Origin: Hyphomicrobiaceae bacterium
GTDB taxonomy: Bacteria > Pseudomonadota > Alphaproteobacteria > Rhizobiales > Hyphomicrobiaceae
Direction of reading: 5' to 3'
Assembly: GCA_041397725.1 (NCBI GenBank)
Contig: JAWKVZ010000001.1
Span: forward strand, 602,021-666,020
Length of the DNA: 64,000 bases
Each line of letters begins with the position of its first letter. The first letter of the stretch is position 1. The notes under the pieces are model-generated. The model was not told the DNA's origin and ran no database searches. It saw only the letters and a program-made list of their open reading frames with translations. The position numbers and the translations under genes were made by a program. Positions 18,580-28,648 of the stretch are shown in pieces.

Positions 18580-19661
18580 CGCGCGCTCTGACCATCGCCT
18601 GGCTGCTCCTGCTCGCCTCCGTGCCGCTCTGGCTGGACAGCCTCTATATCCTGCACGTGCTCATCACGACCGGCATCTTCATCATCGCCGCGATGAGTCT
18701 CAACCTGCTGCTCGGCTATACCGGTCAGCTCTCGCTCGGCCATGTGGCGTTCTTCGGGATCGGCGCCTACGCCAGCTCGCTCGCCTCGCTCGGCTTCGAG
18801 GTGCATCTGCTGGCCGATGTCGACCTGCCGCTCGGCAGCCTCGCCATTCCGCTGATGCGTCAGTTCCTCGTGAAGGTCGAGCCGCAGCCCGTCTGGCTCT
18901 CGATGATCATTGCAGTGTTCGTCGCCGCGCTCTGCGGCTGGTTCATCGGCAAGATCGCGTTCCGCGTGCGCGGCGCCTATTTCGTCATCGTCACCGTCAG
19001 CTTCGCCGAGGTCGTGCGACTTGTCGCCCTCAACTGGATCGAGCTGACCCAGGGACCGATGGCGCTCAACAACATCCCGCCGCTGACATTGTGGCTTCCA
19101 GGGCTCGGCGAGCTGACCTTCTGGAAGAAGCCGGCCAACTACTACGTGGTGCTGGTGGTCGGCGTGCTCGCCTACGTGCTGATCCGGCGGCTGGTCCACT
19201 CGCGCGCCGGACGCGCCATGATCGCGCTGCGCGAGAACGAGCCGCTCGCCACCTCGGTCGGCGTCGACGTCACGCGCTACCTCGTGCTCGCCACGGTGAT
19301 CTCGGCGGCGATCGCCGGCAGCGCCGGGGCCATCTACGCCCACTACATCCGCATCGTCGATCCCGACATCTTCCTGTTCGTCTACACCGTGACGATGGTC
19401 ATCATGGTCGTGACAGGGGGCAAGGGCACGCTGGCCGGCCCGATCGTCGGGGGCATCATCTTCGGCCTGCTGCCCGAGGTGCTGCGCGCCTTCAGGTCTC
19501 CACCGGAGGTGCAGTGGATGCTCTACGGCGTGCTGATGATCCTGGTGGTCTATCTCCTGCCGGAAGGCATCGTGCCGGCGGTGCGGCGCTGGTGGCAGGA
19601 TCGCACCGCGCCGCGGCCGGCGGTGGACGAGCCGCAACCAGCGTCCGGAGGCACGAAATGA
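18576..19661 (+). CDS. livM: Branched-chain amino acid ABC transporter permease LivM-type
   Basis: Hydrophobic 361-aa protein with LivM-like core. GTG start. It is coupled by overlap to both livH and livG. Confidence 0.75.
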   Translation: MTRALTIAWLLLLASVPLWLDSLYILHVLITTGIFIIAAMSLNLLLGYTGQLSLGHVAFFGIGAYASSLASLGFEVHLLADVDLPLGSLAIPLMRQFLVKVEPQPVWLSMIIAVFVAALCGWFIGKIAFRVRGAYFVIVTVSFAEVVRLVALNWIELTQGPMALNNIPPLTLWLPGLGELTFWKKPANYYVVLVVGVLAYVLIRRLVHSRAGRAMIALRENEPLATSVGVDVTRYLVLATVISAAIAGSAGAIYAHYIRIVDPDIFLFVYTVTMVIMVVTGGKGTLAGPIVGGIIFGLLPEVLRAFRSPPEVQWMLYGVLMILVVYLLPEGIVPAVRRWWQDRTAPRPAVDEPQPASGGTK

Positions 19662-20470
19662 CCGCCCCCCCGGCCACGCCTCCGCCCGGCGCCAAGGTCG
19701 CACTCGCCGTCGAGCAACTGTCCATCCGCTTCGGCGGCCTGCTCGCCGTCGAGGATCTGACCTTCGTCGTTCGCGAGGGCGAGGTTCTCTCCCTGATCGG
19801 ACCGAACGGCGCCGGCAAGACCAGCGCCTTCAATGCCATCACCGGCTACATCCAGGCCGCCAGCGGCAGCGTCCGCTACCGGGGCACGCTGCTCAACGGT
19901 CTCCGCCCCAACCAGGTCGCCGACCTCGGCGTCGTGCGCACCTTCCAGAAGACCTCGGTCTTCTCCGGCCAGAGCGTGCTCGACAACATCCTGATCGGCC
20001 TGCACCGGGGCTCGAGCCAATCGGCGCTGGCCATTCTGCTGGGGTTGCCGAGCGTCCGGCGCGACGAGAGGCGGCTGCGCGAGGAGGCACACGAGATCCT
20101 GCGGTTCGTCGGGCTCGATGCGCGCAGCAACGAGCTCGGTGGCGCGCTGCCCTACGGCGAGCAGCGTCTCCTCGAAGTGGCGGTGGCGCTCGCAGCAAAG
20201 CCGACGCTGCTCCTGCTCGACGAGCCCGTCTCCGGCATGAACCCGGCCGAGACGGACGCCTTCATGAAGCTGCTCGCCGCCATCCGCACGCGCGACATCA
20301 CCGTGCTGCTGGTCGAGCACGACATGCGCATGGTGATGGGCGTCTCGGACCGCGTCGTCGTGCTCAACCAGGGTCGCATCATCGCCGACGGCCCGCCGTC
20401 GAGCATTCAGAACAACACAGAGGTCATCCGGGCCTACCTCGGGGAGAAGTTCGCCCGTGCTCACGGTTGA
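19658..20470 (+). CDS. livG: Branched-chain amino acid ABC transporter ATP-binding protein LivG-type, 270 aa
   Basis: Walker A (GPNGAGKTS), LPYGEQRLLEVAVALA and Walker B (LLLDEPVSGMN) are present. The start is MTAPPATPPPG at 19658, an ATGA overlap with the livM stop. Confidence 0.85.
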   Translation: MTAPPATPPPGAKVALAVEQLSIRFGGLLAVEDLTFVVREGEVLSLIGPNGAGKTSAFNAITGYIQAASGSVRYRGTLLNGLRPNQVADLGVVRTFQKTSVFSGQSVLDNILIGLHRGSSQSALAILLGLPSVRRDERRLREEAHEILRFVGLDARSNELGGALPYGEQRLLEVAVALAAKPTLLLLDEPVSGMNPAETDAFMKLLAAIRTRDITVLLVEHDMRMVMGVSDRVVVLNQGRIIADGPPSSIQNNTEVIRAYLGEKFARAHG

Positions 20471-21161
20471 AGGTCTCGAATGCCGCTACGGCAAGGTGAT
20501 CGCCATCCGCGATCTCTCGATCGAGGTGCGGCAAGGCGAGTTGGTGACGCTGATCGGCGCCAACGGAGCCGGCAAATCCACGACGCTTCGCGCCATCTCC
20601 GGGCTGGTGCGGCCGGCGCGCGGTCGCATCACGTTCATGGGAGAGGACATCACCAGGAAACCGGCCCGCGACATCCTCGCGCTCGGCATCGCCCATTGTC
20701 CCGAGGGCCGGCGGGTCTTTCCGTACATGACCGTGCGGGAGAACCTGGAGATGGGGTGCTACCTGCGCCACGACCGCGACGAGGTGGCCCGTGATCTCGA
20801 CCGGCTCCTCGCCCGCTTCCCGATTCTTGCCGAGCGCAGCAGTCAGGCCGCCGGCACACTCTCGGGCGGCGAGCAGCAGATGCTCGCCATCTCGCGCGCC
20901 CTGATGTCGCGGCCGAAGCTCATCGTGTTCGACGAGCCGTCGCTCGGGCTTGCGCCCAATCTGGTGGAGCGCACGTTCGAGATCATCCGCGAGATCCGCA
21001 GCGAAGGCGTGACGGTCATCATGGTCGAGCAGAACGCATTCGCCGCGCTCGAGCTTTCCGACCGCTCCTACGTTCTCGAGCAGGGGCGCGTGACTCTCAC
21101 CGGCACCGGCCAGGAGTTGCTCGGCAACCCACACGTCCGCGCCGCCTATCTCGGCGGCTGA
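20457..21161 (+). CDS. livF: Branched-chain amino acid ABC transporter ATP-binding protein LivF-type, 234 aa
   Basis: Walker A (GANGAGKST), LSGGEQQMLAISRAL and Walker B (IVFDEPSLGL) are present. A GTG start overlaps livG by 14 nt. Confidence 0.85.
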   Translation: MLTVEGLECRYGKVIAIRDLSIEVRQGELVTLIGANGAGKSTTLRAISGLVRPARGRITFMGEDITRKPARDILALGIAHCPEGRRVFPYMTVRENLEMGCYLRHDRDEVARDLDRLLARFPILAERSSQAAGTLSGGEQQMLAISRALMSRPKLIVFDEPSLGLAPNLVERTFEIIREIRSEGVTVIMVEQNAFAALELSDRSYVLEQGRVTLTGTGQELLGNPHVRAAYLGG

Positions 21162-21212
21162 GCGAGAGAGCGCCCAGCGCCGGGCCTCCCGAGCCCCACC
21201 CGAAAAGCAAAT

Positions 21213-21240
21213 GGCCCGCCGGTGAGGCGGGCCATCTCGT
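21213..21240. terminator. Bidirectional rho-independent terminator between convergent livF and rpsI
   Basis: GGCCCGCC-ggtga-GGCGGGCC hairpin, flanked by AAAAGCAAAT on one side and ATCTCGTCT on the other. Confidence 0.65.
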
Positions 21241-21260
21241 CTGTGGTGGCGTGGCGTCCG

Positions 21261-21749
21261 TCAGCGCTTCGAGAACTGGAAGCTGCGGCGGGCCTTCATC
21301 TTGCCGTACTTCTTGCGCTCGACCACGCGGCTGTCGCGCGTCAGGAAGCCTTCCTTCTTGAGCACGCCGCGCAACTCGGGCTCGTAGTAGGTGAGCGCCT
21401 TGGAGATGCCGTGACGCACCGCACCAGCCTGGCCCGACAGGCCGCCGCCGGAAACGGTCGCCGTGATGTCGTACTGCTCCGCACGGTTGGCGACCGTGAG
21501 CGGCTGGCGCAGGATCATCTGCAGGACCGGCCGCGCGAAATAGGCCGAGAAGTCCTTCTTGTTGATCATGATGCGCCCCTGGCCCGGCTTCAGCCAGACG
21601 CGCGCCACGGCGTTCTTGCGCTTGCCGGTGGCGTAGGCGCGGCCGAACTTGTCGACCTTCTTGACGTGCACGGGGCCCTCGGCCGGCGCACCGCCGTCCG
21701 TCTTGAGGGTACCCAAGTCCTCGAGCGTCTTGACCTCTGGGCTCGTCAT
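21261..21749 (-). CDS. rpsI: 30S ribosomal protein S9
   Basis: 162 aa ending ...[16 protein letters not shown], the S9 hallmark. ATGA overlap with rplM. Confidence 0.95.
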   Translation of the reverse strand: MTSPEVKTLEDLGTLKTDGGAPAEGPVHVKKVDKFGRAYATGKRKNAVARVWLKPGQGRIMINKKDFSAYFARPVLQMILRQPLTVANRAEQYDITATVSGGGLSGQAGAVRHGISKALTYYEPELRGVLKKEGFLTRDSRVVERKKYGKMKARRSFQFSKR

Positions 21750-22216
21750 ACGTCTCCGCCCCTCGTGTTCTTGCGGTTGAGCTTGGCGACATCGATCTTG
21801 ATGGGCGTCTGTGCCTCGTGCGGATGCTTCGGCCCCGCATAGACCTTGAGGTTACCCATAAGGCGACGCTGCAGCGGCCCGCGCTTCAGCATGCGCTCGA
21901 CCGCCTTCTCGACGACCCGCTCGGGGAACTTGCCGTCGAGGATCTGGCCGGCGCGGCGCTCCTTGATACCGCCGGGAAATCCCGTGTACCAGTGATAGAC
22001 CTTGTCCTGCCGCTTGCGTCCGGTGAAGACGACCTTGTCGGCGTTAACGACGATGACGTTGTCGCCGCAATCGACGTGTGGCGTGTAAGAGGCCTTGTGC
22101 TTGCCCTTGAGCCGGATGGCGATGAGGGAGGCGAGACGACCGACGACGAGACCCTCGGCGTCGATGAGCACCCACTTCTTCTCCACCTCGGCCGGCTTGG
22201 CGACGTAAGTCTTCAT
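21746..22216 (-). CDS. rplM: 50S ribosomal protein L13
   Basis: 156 aa, [30 protein letters not shown]..., canonical L13. Confidence 0.95.
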   Translation of the reverse strand: MKTYVAKPAEVEKKWVLIDAEGLVVGRLASLIAIRLKGKHKASYTPHVDCGDNVIVVNADKVVFTGRKRQDKVYHWYTGFPGGIKERRAGQILDGKFPERVVEKAVERMLKRGPLQRRLMGNLKVYAGPKHPHEAQTPIKIDVAKLNRKNTRGGDV

Positions 22217-22535
22217 GTAGCCGCTCCGATGATGAGGTCGGGCGCCTGGATGTGAGCCGGATTCCGGCCGAGGCGCCCAAATCGTCAGGGTCTCCTCGGG
22301 AGCCCCGCAATCGATGGGCTTGTCTAATGGAGCCCTCAGCGCCTGTCAATCTCATTGTCGCCCATCAATGGAGATTTTATCACGCTATTTCAATATATTA
22401 GTTTTACGGTATTATTTTACCCCAGCCATCAGGCGGCCGTCTCATGCCCAGCGCGCCCGTCACGGGCATTCCATCGGCAGGCAACCTGCTCTAGAGGACA
22501 AGGCGCGGGAAGCCGGCGAGGGAGCGCTGTCTCAG

Positions 22536-23870
22536 ATGACGATGTCGTACGGCGCGAGGCGGCGGCTGGCTCACCGTCTGCCCTTCTTCTACGGCTGGGT
22601 GATCGTCGCCGTGGCGTTCGTCACACTGGGCCTCGGAGCCAACGCCCGCACCGCCTTTTCGCTGCTGTTCCCGCCGATCCTGAAGGAGTTCGGCTGGGAC
22701 CGCGCCATGACCGCGAGCGTGTTTTCCGCCGGCTTCATCTCGTCCGCGCTCTATGCCCCGCTCGTCGGCTACGCACTCGATCGCTTCGGGCCGCAACGGG
22801 TCATGCCCTTCGGCGCCGCGCTGGTTGCCGCGGGCCTCGTGTTGACCACCTATGCGACGCAGCCCTGGCACTTCTATCTCTCGCTCGGCGGTCTTGTCGT
22901 CGGCGCCAGCAGCCTGCTCGCCTACAACGCGCATTTCGTCTTCCTGCCGAGCTGGTTCGAGCGCCGCCGGGGCCTGGCGCTCGGGGTTGCCTGCGCGGGG
23001 GTCGGCGCGACCTCGATCCTGCTCTTTCCCTGGTTCCAGGCGACGATCGACGGCATCGGCTGGCGGGCCGGCTGCCTCACGCTCGCCGCGCTCATGATCG
23101 GCCTCGTGCTGCCGCTCAATCTGGCGTTCCCGCTGCGCCGTCCGGGCGACATCGGCCTGCCGCCCGACGGCCGTGCGCCGGCCCACGACGCCGCATCCGC
23201 GACCGCCGCCAGCGCAACCCCGCCCGCCCGCCAGTGGACCTGGCGCAGCGCCGTCCTGACGCCGGCCTTCTGGTACGTCTCCGGCGCCTGCGCCATGGGC
23301 CTCTTCGCCTGGTACGGCATCCTCGTCCACCAGACCAAATATCTGCTCGATCTCGGGTTCGGCTCGCGCCTCGCCGCCTACGCGCTCGGCCTCGTGCCGT
23401 TGTTCGCCGTCACCGGGCAGATCGGCCTCGGACATCTCTCGGACCGCATCGGCCGCGGCTGGGTGTGGACGCTCAGCATGACCGGCTTCGCGCTCTGCTA
23501 CGGGCTCTTGCTGGTGCTGCCCTTGTGGCCGAGTCCCGCCCTGGTCTTTCTGATGGTGGCCGTACAGGGCGCGCTCGGCTACAGCCTCGCCGTCGTGTTC
23601 GGCGCCGTGCCGTCGGAGCTGTTTCCGGGCGCCGACTACGGCCGCATCTTCGGCACCATCGCACTGCTCGCGACGGTCGGCGCCTCGTCCAGCCCGTGGC
23701 TGTTCGGCTGGCTGCACGACAAGACAGGCAACTATGTCCTGGCGTTCCTGACGGCTATCGCCGCGAGCATCCTCTCCGCGCTCCTCGTCTGGCTGGCGAT
23801 CCGCGACGGCGAGCGCCGCAACCGCGCCGCTACGATGGCGACCCGGCCGCCACCGGCATCGCATACGTGA
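22536..23870 (+). CDS. MFS transporter (oxalate:formate antiporter / monocarboxylate-like subfamily), 444 aa
   Basis: 12 predicted TM segments. The start MTMSYGARRRLAHRLPFFYGWVIVAVAFV... is preceded by GGGAG. The upstream 74 codons of the ORF are low-confidence. Confidence 0.7.
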   Translation: MTMSYGARRRLAHRLPFFYGWVIVAVAFVTLGLGANARTAFSLLFPPILKEFGWDRAMTASVFSAGFISSALYAPLVGYALDRFGPQRVMPFGAALVAAGLVLTTYATQPWHFYLSLGGLVVGASSLLAYNAHFVFLPSWFERRRGLALGVACAGVGATSILLFPWFQATIDGIGWRAGCLTLAALMIGLVLPLNLAFPLRRPGDIGLPPDGRAPAHDAASATAASATPPARQWTWRSAVLTPAFWYVSGACAMGLFAWYGILVHQTKYLLDLGFGSRLAAYALGLVPLFAVTGQIGLGHLSDRIGRGWVWTLSMTGFALCYGLLLVLPLWPSPALVFLMVAVQGALGYSLAVVFGAVPSELFPGADYGRIFGTIALLATVGASSSPWLFGWLHDKTGNYVLAFLTAIAASILSALLVWLAIRDGERRNRAATMATRPPPASHT

Positions 23871-24285
23871 CGACGGCGTGCGCGACCATCTCCGGCTCCC
23901 CTTCGGTGAACATCTGAACCTCGCCGATCGCAAGCCGGCGGCCGATCTTGAACAGCGACACTTCGGCGATCATGTCGCGCGCCGCGGCACGGCGGAGATA
24001 CGTGATGTTGAGGTTCGAGGTGACCGCATCGGCGGCGTCGCGGCCGGCCATGCCCATAATGGCGACATAGGCGCCGTAGTCCGCCAGCTGGAACATCGCC
24101 GGCCCCATGATGGTGCCGCCCGGCCGCAGCAGTCGGGCATCGTAGCGCAGCCGGATGCGCGCGCCCATGGGCCTCAGCGCCTCGATATGGTAGATTTGGC
24201 CGCCAGTGTGGATCTGGGGGAAGATTTCGGCCACGAAGGCTTCCAGCTCTGCGGGAGTAAAGACGGGTTTGCGGACGTCATTCAT
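23830..24285 (-). CDS. PaaI-family hotdog-fold acyl-CoA thioesterase, 151 aa
   Basis: Thioesterase-superfamily hotdog pattern (MNDVRKPVFTPAELEAFVAEIFPQIHTGGQIYHIEAL...). GAGGTGGAGAG SD before ATG 24285. Its 3' end overlaps the convergent MFS gene by about 41 bp. Confidence 0.65.
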   Translation of the reverse strand: MNDVRKPVFTPAELEAFVAEIFPQIHTGGQIYHIEALRPMGARIRLRYDARLLRPGGTIMGPAMFQLADYGAYVAIMGMAGRDAADAVTSNLNITYLRRAAARDMIAEVSLFKIGRRLAIGEVQMFTEGEPEMVAHAVVTYAMPVAAGSPS

Positions 24286-24406
24286 CTCTCCACCTCGGCT
24301 CACCGAACAGGGTCCGGACGACCGGTCGCGCGTCGCGCGCCGTCATCCTGCCCGGACTTCCGCGCCACTCTGCCAACACGCTACCAGCAAGCCAAGAGAA
24401 ACGACC

Positions 24407-24985
24407 ATGGCTCATGCCACCTCGCTCCCCGCTGCGCCGACGAAGACGCTGTCACTCCGCGCAGCCCTCGCCCGGCTCGCGCTGCTGCTCGTCGTCGCGA
24501 CGCTCGGGCAGCTTGCGCCCCGGCCGGCGTCGGCCGAGCAGGCGCTGCACCAGATCCGCCTGACCGAGGACATCGTCGAGCGCTTCCTCAAGGCCCAGAA
24601 GGACCTCGCCACGATCGCCCACAAGCTGCCGTCGGGGAGCTTCTCCGGTGACGGCGGCATGAAGCGGGACGTGCGTGCCGAGGTGCTGGCCATCGCCAGG
24701 AAGCACGGCTTCAAGGATTTCGCCGAGATCGAGCTGGTGGCGAGCAACATCTCGCTCGTAATGTCCGGGCTCGACGAGGCCTCCGGCAAGTTCCGCGACC
24801 CTGCCCAGGATATCCTCGACGCGCTGGCGAAGGCCGAGGCCGACGCCAATCTGCCGCCGGCGGAGAAGGCCCAGCTCATCAAGGACCTCAAGACCGCGCT
24901 TGCGGCCATGCCGACCTTGAAGTTTCCCGAGAACGTGGCGATGGTGAAGCACTATCTGAGCAAGGCCCGCAAAGCCCAGCGCTGA
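24407..24985 (+). CDS. Hypothetical exported protein, alpha-helical, 192 aa
   Basis: Predicted signal peptide (TLSLRAALARLALLLVVATLGQLAPRPASA). Contains no domain I recognise. Confidence 0.5.
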   Translation: MAHATSLPAAPTKTLSLRAALARLALLLVVATLGQLAPRPASAEQALHQIRLTEDIVERFLKAQKDLATIAHKLPSGSFSGDGGMKRDVRAEVLAIARKHGFKDFAEIELVASNISLVMSGLDEASGKFRDPAQDILDALAKAEADANLPPAEKAQLIKDLKTALAAMPTLKFPENVAMVKHYLSKARKAQR

Positions 24986-25028
24986 CAGCCGGACGCCTGA
25001 GGCCGGACTGGCGGCCGGGAGAAGAGCA

Positions 25029-25856
25029 ATGCCCCAGACGACGACCGCCACACCAGCCACCAGCCGGCCGGCGTCGCCCCTCCTGGTGACCCGCACGGGC
25101 AAGGCGACGGTGTTCACCCTCAACCGGCCCGAGGCCCGCAACGCGCTCAGCGAGGCCATGCTGGACGCCTTGGCGGACGCTCTCGCCGCCGTCGCCGGCG
25201 ACGACGCCACGCGGGTCGTCGTGCTGAGCGCCGCTGGCAGCGTGTTCTGCGCCGGCCATGACCTCAAGGAGCTCTCCGCACGCCGGACGGACGCCGATGC
25301 CGGCCGCGCCTACTTCGCCGACATCATGAGCCGCTGTGCCGGCGTCATGCAGGCCATCGTGCGCCTGCCGAAGCCCGTCATCGCCGCCGTCGCGGGCACG
25401 GCCACCGCCGCCGGCTGTCAGCTCGTGGCCTCCTGCGACCTCGCCGTGGCCGGCCAGGGCGCGCGCTTCTGCACACCGGGCGTCAACATCGGCCTCTTCT
25501 GCTCGACCCCCATGGTCGCGCTCACGCGCAACATGCCGCGCAAGCGCGCCATGGAGATGCTGCTGACCGGCGACATGCTGGAGGCGGACGCGGCTGCCGA
25601 CTATGGCCTCGTCAATCGCGTCGTGCCCGACGACCGCGTGCTCGACGAAGCCCTTGCCATGGCGCGCCGTATCGCCGGGAAGCCGGCGGCGACGGTCGCC
25701 ATCGGCAAGGAAGCGTTCTACCGCCAGCTCGAGCTGCCTCTCGCCGAGGCTTACGCCTACGCCTCCGAGGTGATGGTCACCAACATGCTGCATGCCGACG
25801 CCCGCGAGGGAATCGGCGCCTTTCTCGAGAAGCGCCAGCCCGACTGGGAGCGGTGA
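25029..25856 (+). CDS. Enoyl-CoA hydratase/isomerase (crotonase) family protein, 275 aa
   Basis: Crotonase motifs (VVVLSAAGSVFCAGHDLKEL, AAVAGTATAAGCQLVASCDLAVA). Confidence 0.85.
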   Translation: MPQTTTATPATSRPASPLLVTRTGKATVFTLNRPEARNALSEAMLDALADALAAVAGDDATRVVVLSAAGSVFCAGHDLKELSARRTDADAGRAYFADIMSRCAGVMQAIVRLPKPVIAAVAGTATAAGCQLVASCDLAVAGQGARFCTPGVNIGLFCSTPMVALTRNMPRKRAMEMLLTGDMLEADAAADYGLVNRVVPDDRVLDEALAMARRIAGKPAATVAIGKEAFYRQLELPLAEAYAYASEVMVTNMLHADAREGIGAFLEKRQPDWER

Positions 25857-25863
25857 GGTTGCC

Positions 25864-26319
25864 ATGACGCCGCGCCTCTCCCTGGTCACGCTCGGCGTTG
25901 GCGACGTCGCTGCGGCCCGCCGCTTCTATGAGGCGCTCGGCTTCGTGGCGTCCGGCGCCAGCCTCGACAGCATCGCCTTCTTCGAGGCCGGCGGCGTGGT
26001 GCTGGCGCTGTTCGGCCGCCGGGCGCTGGCCGAGGATGCCACTGTCCGCGACGAGCCCGGCGGATTTGCCGCCGTCACGCTCGCCTGGAACGTCGAAAGC
26101 ACGGCCGCCGTCGATGCGGCGCTGGCGCTCGCCGCGCGATGCGGCGCCCGCATCGTCAAGCCGGCCCAGACCGTCTTCTGGGGTGGCTACTCCGGCTATT
26201 TCGCCGACCCCGATGGCCATCTCTGGGAAGTGGCGTACAATCCGTTCTTTCCGCTCGATGCCGATGGCCGGTTGCAGCTTCCCGCCTCCACCGCGGGCTA
26301 CGATGAGAAGGCTCCATGA
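25864..26319 (+). CDS. VOC-family (glyoxalase/bleomycin resistance) protein, 151 aa
   Basis: MTPRLSLVTLGVGDVAAARRFYEALGF...HLWEVAYNP is typical VOC. GAGGT SD precedes the start. The stop overlaps the next gene's start as ATGA. Confidence 0.75.
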   Translation: MTPRLSLVTLGVGDVAAARRFYEALGFVASGASLDSIAFFEAGGVVLALFGRRALAEDATVRDEPGGFAAVTLAWNVESTAAVDAALALAARCGARIVKPAQTVFWGGYSGYFADPDGHLWEVAYNPFFPLDADGRLQLPASTAGYDEKAP

Positions 26320-26843
26320 ACCACGACAGCTACGACAACGCCTACATCGCCGCCATCCTCAAGGACGTCCGCACCATCGCCATGGTGGGGGCGAGCCAGA
26401 ACACCAGTCGCCCGTCCTACTTCGCCATGAAATATCTGCTGAGCAAGGGCTACACCGTCATTCCCGTAAATCCCGGCCTCGCGGGCCAGGAGTTGCTCGG
26501 CCAGACCGTCGCCGCCTCGCTGGCGGACATCGCCACACCGGTCGACATGGTGGACATTTTCCGCAACTCCGAGGCCGCTCTCGAAGTGACGAAGGAGGCC
26601 ATCGCCATCGGCGCCAAGGTCGTCTGGATGCAGCTCGGCGTGCGCAACGAGGCGGCAGCCGCGCTCGCGGAGGCGGCCGGCCTCCGCGTCGTCATGAACC
26701 GGTGCCCGAAAATCGAGTACGGCCGGCTCACCGGCGAGATCGGCTGGGCCGGCGTGAATGCCGGCGTGCTCTCGAGCCAGCGGGCGAAGCTCGGCGCCCA
26801 TGGCGTCCAGAACCACGTCCTCGGCGACGACAAGGGGTCCTGA
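26316..26843 (+). CDS. CoA-binding domain protein (YccU/YneT-like), 175 aa
   Basis: CoA-binding Rossmann signature (TIAMVGASQNTSRPSYFAMKYLLSKGYTVIPVNP). Confidence 0.7.
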   Translation: MNHDSYDNAYIAAILKDVRTIAMVGASQNTSRPSYFAMKYLLSKGYTVIPVNPGLAGQELLGQTVAASLADIATPVDMVDIFRNSEAALEVTKEAIAIGAKVVWMQLGVRNEAAAALAEAAGLRVVMNRCPKIEYGRLTGEIGWAGVNAGVLSSQRAKLGAHGVQNHVLGDDKGS

Positions 26844-26853
26844 GGCCGCCGCC

Positions 26854-27474
26854 TCAGTCCACCTCCAGGCACTCATCGACGAACCGCCGGAAGGCGCGGG
26901 CGCGGTGCGAGACGGCATGCTTGGCCGCCGGCTCCATTTCGCCGAATGTCTCGTGCCCGCCGTCGGGCAGGAACATGGGGTCGTAGCCGAAGCCGCGTTC
27001 GCCGCGCGGCGGCCAGACCAGCGCGCCGTACACCTTGCCCTCGAAGACGCGCGCCTCGCCATCCGGGAAGGCCAGACAGAGCGCCGCCGTGAAGTTGGCC
27101 CGCCGCTGCTCAGCCGCGACCGCACCGCGCGCCTCGAGCTCTGCCTGGACCCGCGCCATGGCCACGGAGAAATCCTTGCCCGGCCCCGCCCAGCGCGCCG
27201 AGTAGATGCCCGGCGCCCCCGAGAGCGCGGCGACCTCGAGCCCGGAATCGTCCGCGAGCGCCGGCAGGCCCGAGGCGCTGGCGCCGGCATGCGCCTTGAT
27301 GGCGGCGTTGTCGGCGAAGGTCGATCCGGTTTCCTCGGGCTCTGGCAGCCCGAGTTCCGCTGCCGACACAGCAATGAGCCCGAAGGGCGCGATGAGATCG
27401 CCGATCTCGCGGACCTTGCCTGGATTGTGAGTGGCGACCAGCAGCCTGGTCCCTCGCGCGAGACGCCGTGTCAT
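26854..27474 (-). CDS. rdgB: Non-canonical purine NTP pyrophosphatase (RdgB/HAM1, dITP/XTP pyrophosphatase), 206 aa
   Basis: [14 protein letters not shown]...FGYDPMF motifs are present. The start MTRRLARG is at 27474, an ATGA overlap with the upstream VOC gene. Confidence 0.85.
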   Translation of the reverse strand: MTRRLARGTRLLVATHNPGKVREIGDLIAPFGLIAVSAAELGLPEPEETGSTFADNAAIKAHAGASASGLPALADDSGLEVAALSGAPGIYSARWAGPGKDFSVAMARVQAELEARGAVAAEQRRANFTAALCLAFPDGEARVFEGKVYGALVWPPRGERGFGYDPMFLPDGGHETFGEMEPAAKHAVSHRARAFRRFVDECLEVD

Positions 27475-27893
27475 GTCAGCCCCCATATGCGTGGCTCGGC
27501 GAATTCGAGGCAGTTGCCGGCCGGGTCGCGGAAGTAGATCGAGCGGCCACCGGACGGCCAGAGGAAATCCGCCTCGATGGCGACCCCCTTCGCCTCCAGG
27601 TGCGCCTTCCAGCGATCGATGTTCGCAGCGGACGCCCGGAAGCAGACGTGCCCCGGACCTTGCGCGCCGTGCGGGGGAACCGGCAGCGCCGGATTGCTCG
27701 GCGGCGCGGCCGTGGCCCCCGGAGCGAAGACGAGAAGCACCTGGTTGCCGCATCTGTAGAAGACCTGGCGACCGGCCATCTTGCTGAAGGGAGCGAGGCC
27801 GAGCACGTCATCGTAGAACGCCTCGACGGCCTCGAGATCGTCGGCATAGAGCACGGTTTCGAGAATGCCTTCGGGCGGCCCCAGGCGATCCAT
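27471..27893 (-). CDS. VOC-family (glyoxalase-like) protein, 140 aa, inserted between rph and rdgB
   Basis: The start [33 protein letters not shown] is preceded by GGGAGGAC. A VOC beta-alpha-beta pattern is present. Confidence 0.7.
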   Translation of the reverse strand: MDRLGPPEGILETVLYADDLEAVEAFYDDVLGLAPFSKMAGRQVFYRCGNQVLLVFAPGATAAPPSNPALPVPPHGAQGPGHVCFRASAANIDRWKAHLEAKGVAIEADFLWPSGGRSIYFRDPAGNCLEFAEPRIWGLT

Positions 27894-27934
27894 GGTCGGC
27901 GTCCTCCCTGTTGCGCAGGCGACGCGGCCCCGGC

Positions 27935-28648
27935 TCAGGTAACCGTGAGCTTCTGCAGGTTGACGAGCTCGCGTATGCCCTTCTTGGCCAGCAGCATCAG
28001 CTCGTCGAAGCTCTCCTGGCTGAACGGGCGCGTTTCCGCCGTGCCCTGGACCTCGACGATGCCGCCGGAGCCCGTCATCACGAAATTGGCGTCGGCATCC
28101 GCCTCGGAATCCTCGGCATAGTCGAGATCGAGCACCGGCGTGCCCTGGTAGATGCCGCACGAGACGGCGGCCACCTGATCGCGCATGACGTCGCCCTTGA
28201 TCATGTCGCGCGCGCGCATCCAGTTGATGCAGTCGTGCAGCGCCACCCAGGCGCCCGTGATCGAGGCCGTGCGCGTGCCGCCGTCGGCCTGCAACACGTC
28301 ACAGTCGATGCTGATCTGCCGCTCGCCGAGCTTTTCGAGATCGACCACGGCCCTGAGCGAGCGCCCGATCAGGCGCTGGATCTCCTGCGTGCGGCCCGTC
28401 TGCTTGCCGGCCGACGCCTCGCGGCGCGTGCGCTGCGTGGTTGCGCGCGGCAACATGCCGTACTCCGCCGTGATCCAGCCTCGCCCCTGGTTCTTCAGCC
28501 AGATCGGCACGCGCTCCTCGAGGGTTGCTGTGCACAGAACCTGGGTCTGGCCGAACCGGATGAGGCACGAGCCCTCGGCATGCATGGAGAGGGCGCGCTC
28601 GAAACTGACGGATCGAAGCTCGTCGGGTTGGCGCTTGGACGGGCGCAT
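27935..28648 (-). CDS. rph: Ribonuclease PH, 237 aa
   Basis: [48 protein letters not shown]... is canonical RNase PH. Confidence 0.9.
   Translation of the reverse strand: MRPSKRQPDELRSVSFERALSMHAEGSCLIRFGQTQVLCTATLEERVPIWLKNQGRGWITAEYGMLPRATTQRTRREASAGKQTGRTQEIQRLIGRSLRAVVDLEKLGERQISIDCDVLQADGGTRTASITGAWVALHDCINWMRARDMIKGDVMRDQVAAVSCGIYQGTPVLDLDYAEDSEADADANFVMTGSGGIVEVQGTAETRPFSQESFDELMLLAKKGIRELVNLQKLTVT

Noticed and set aside
23830-23870. 41-bp 3'-end overlap between the convergent MFS and PaaI thioesterase genes
   Set aside because: Plausibly real but unremarkable. It could also reflect a slightly mis-assigned stop or start. Not flagged as a finding.
22355-23917. 520-aa plus-strand ORF overlapping the MFS gene in another frame
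   Set aside because: Arg/Pro/Ala-rich, not hydrophobic. The other frame gives a coherent 12-TM MFS.
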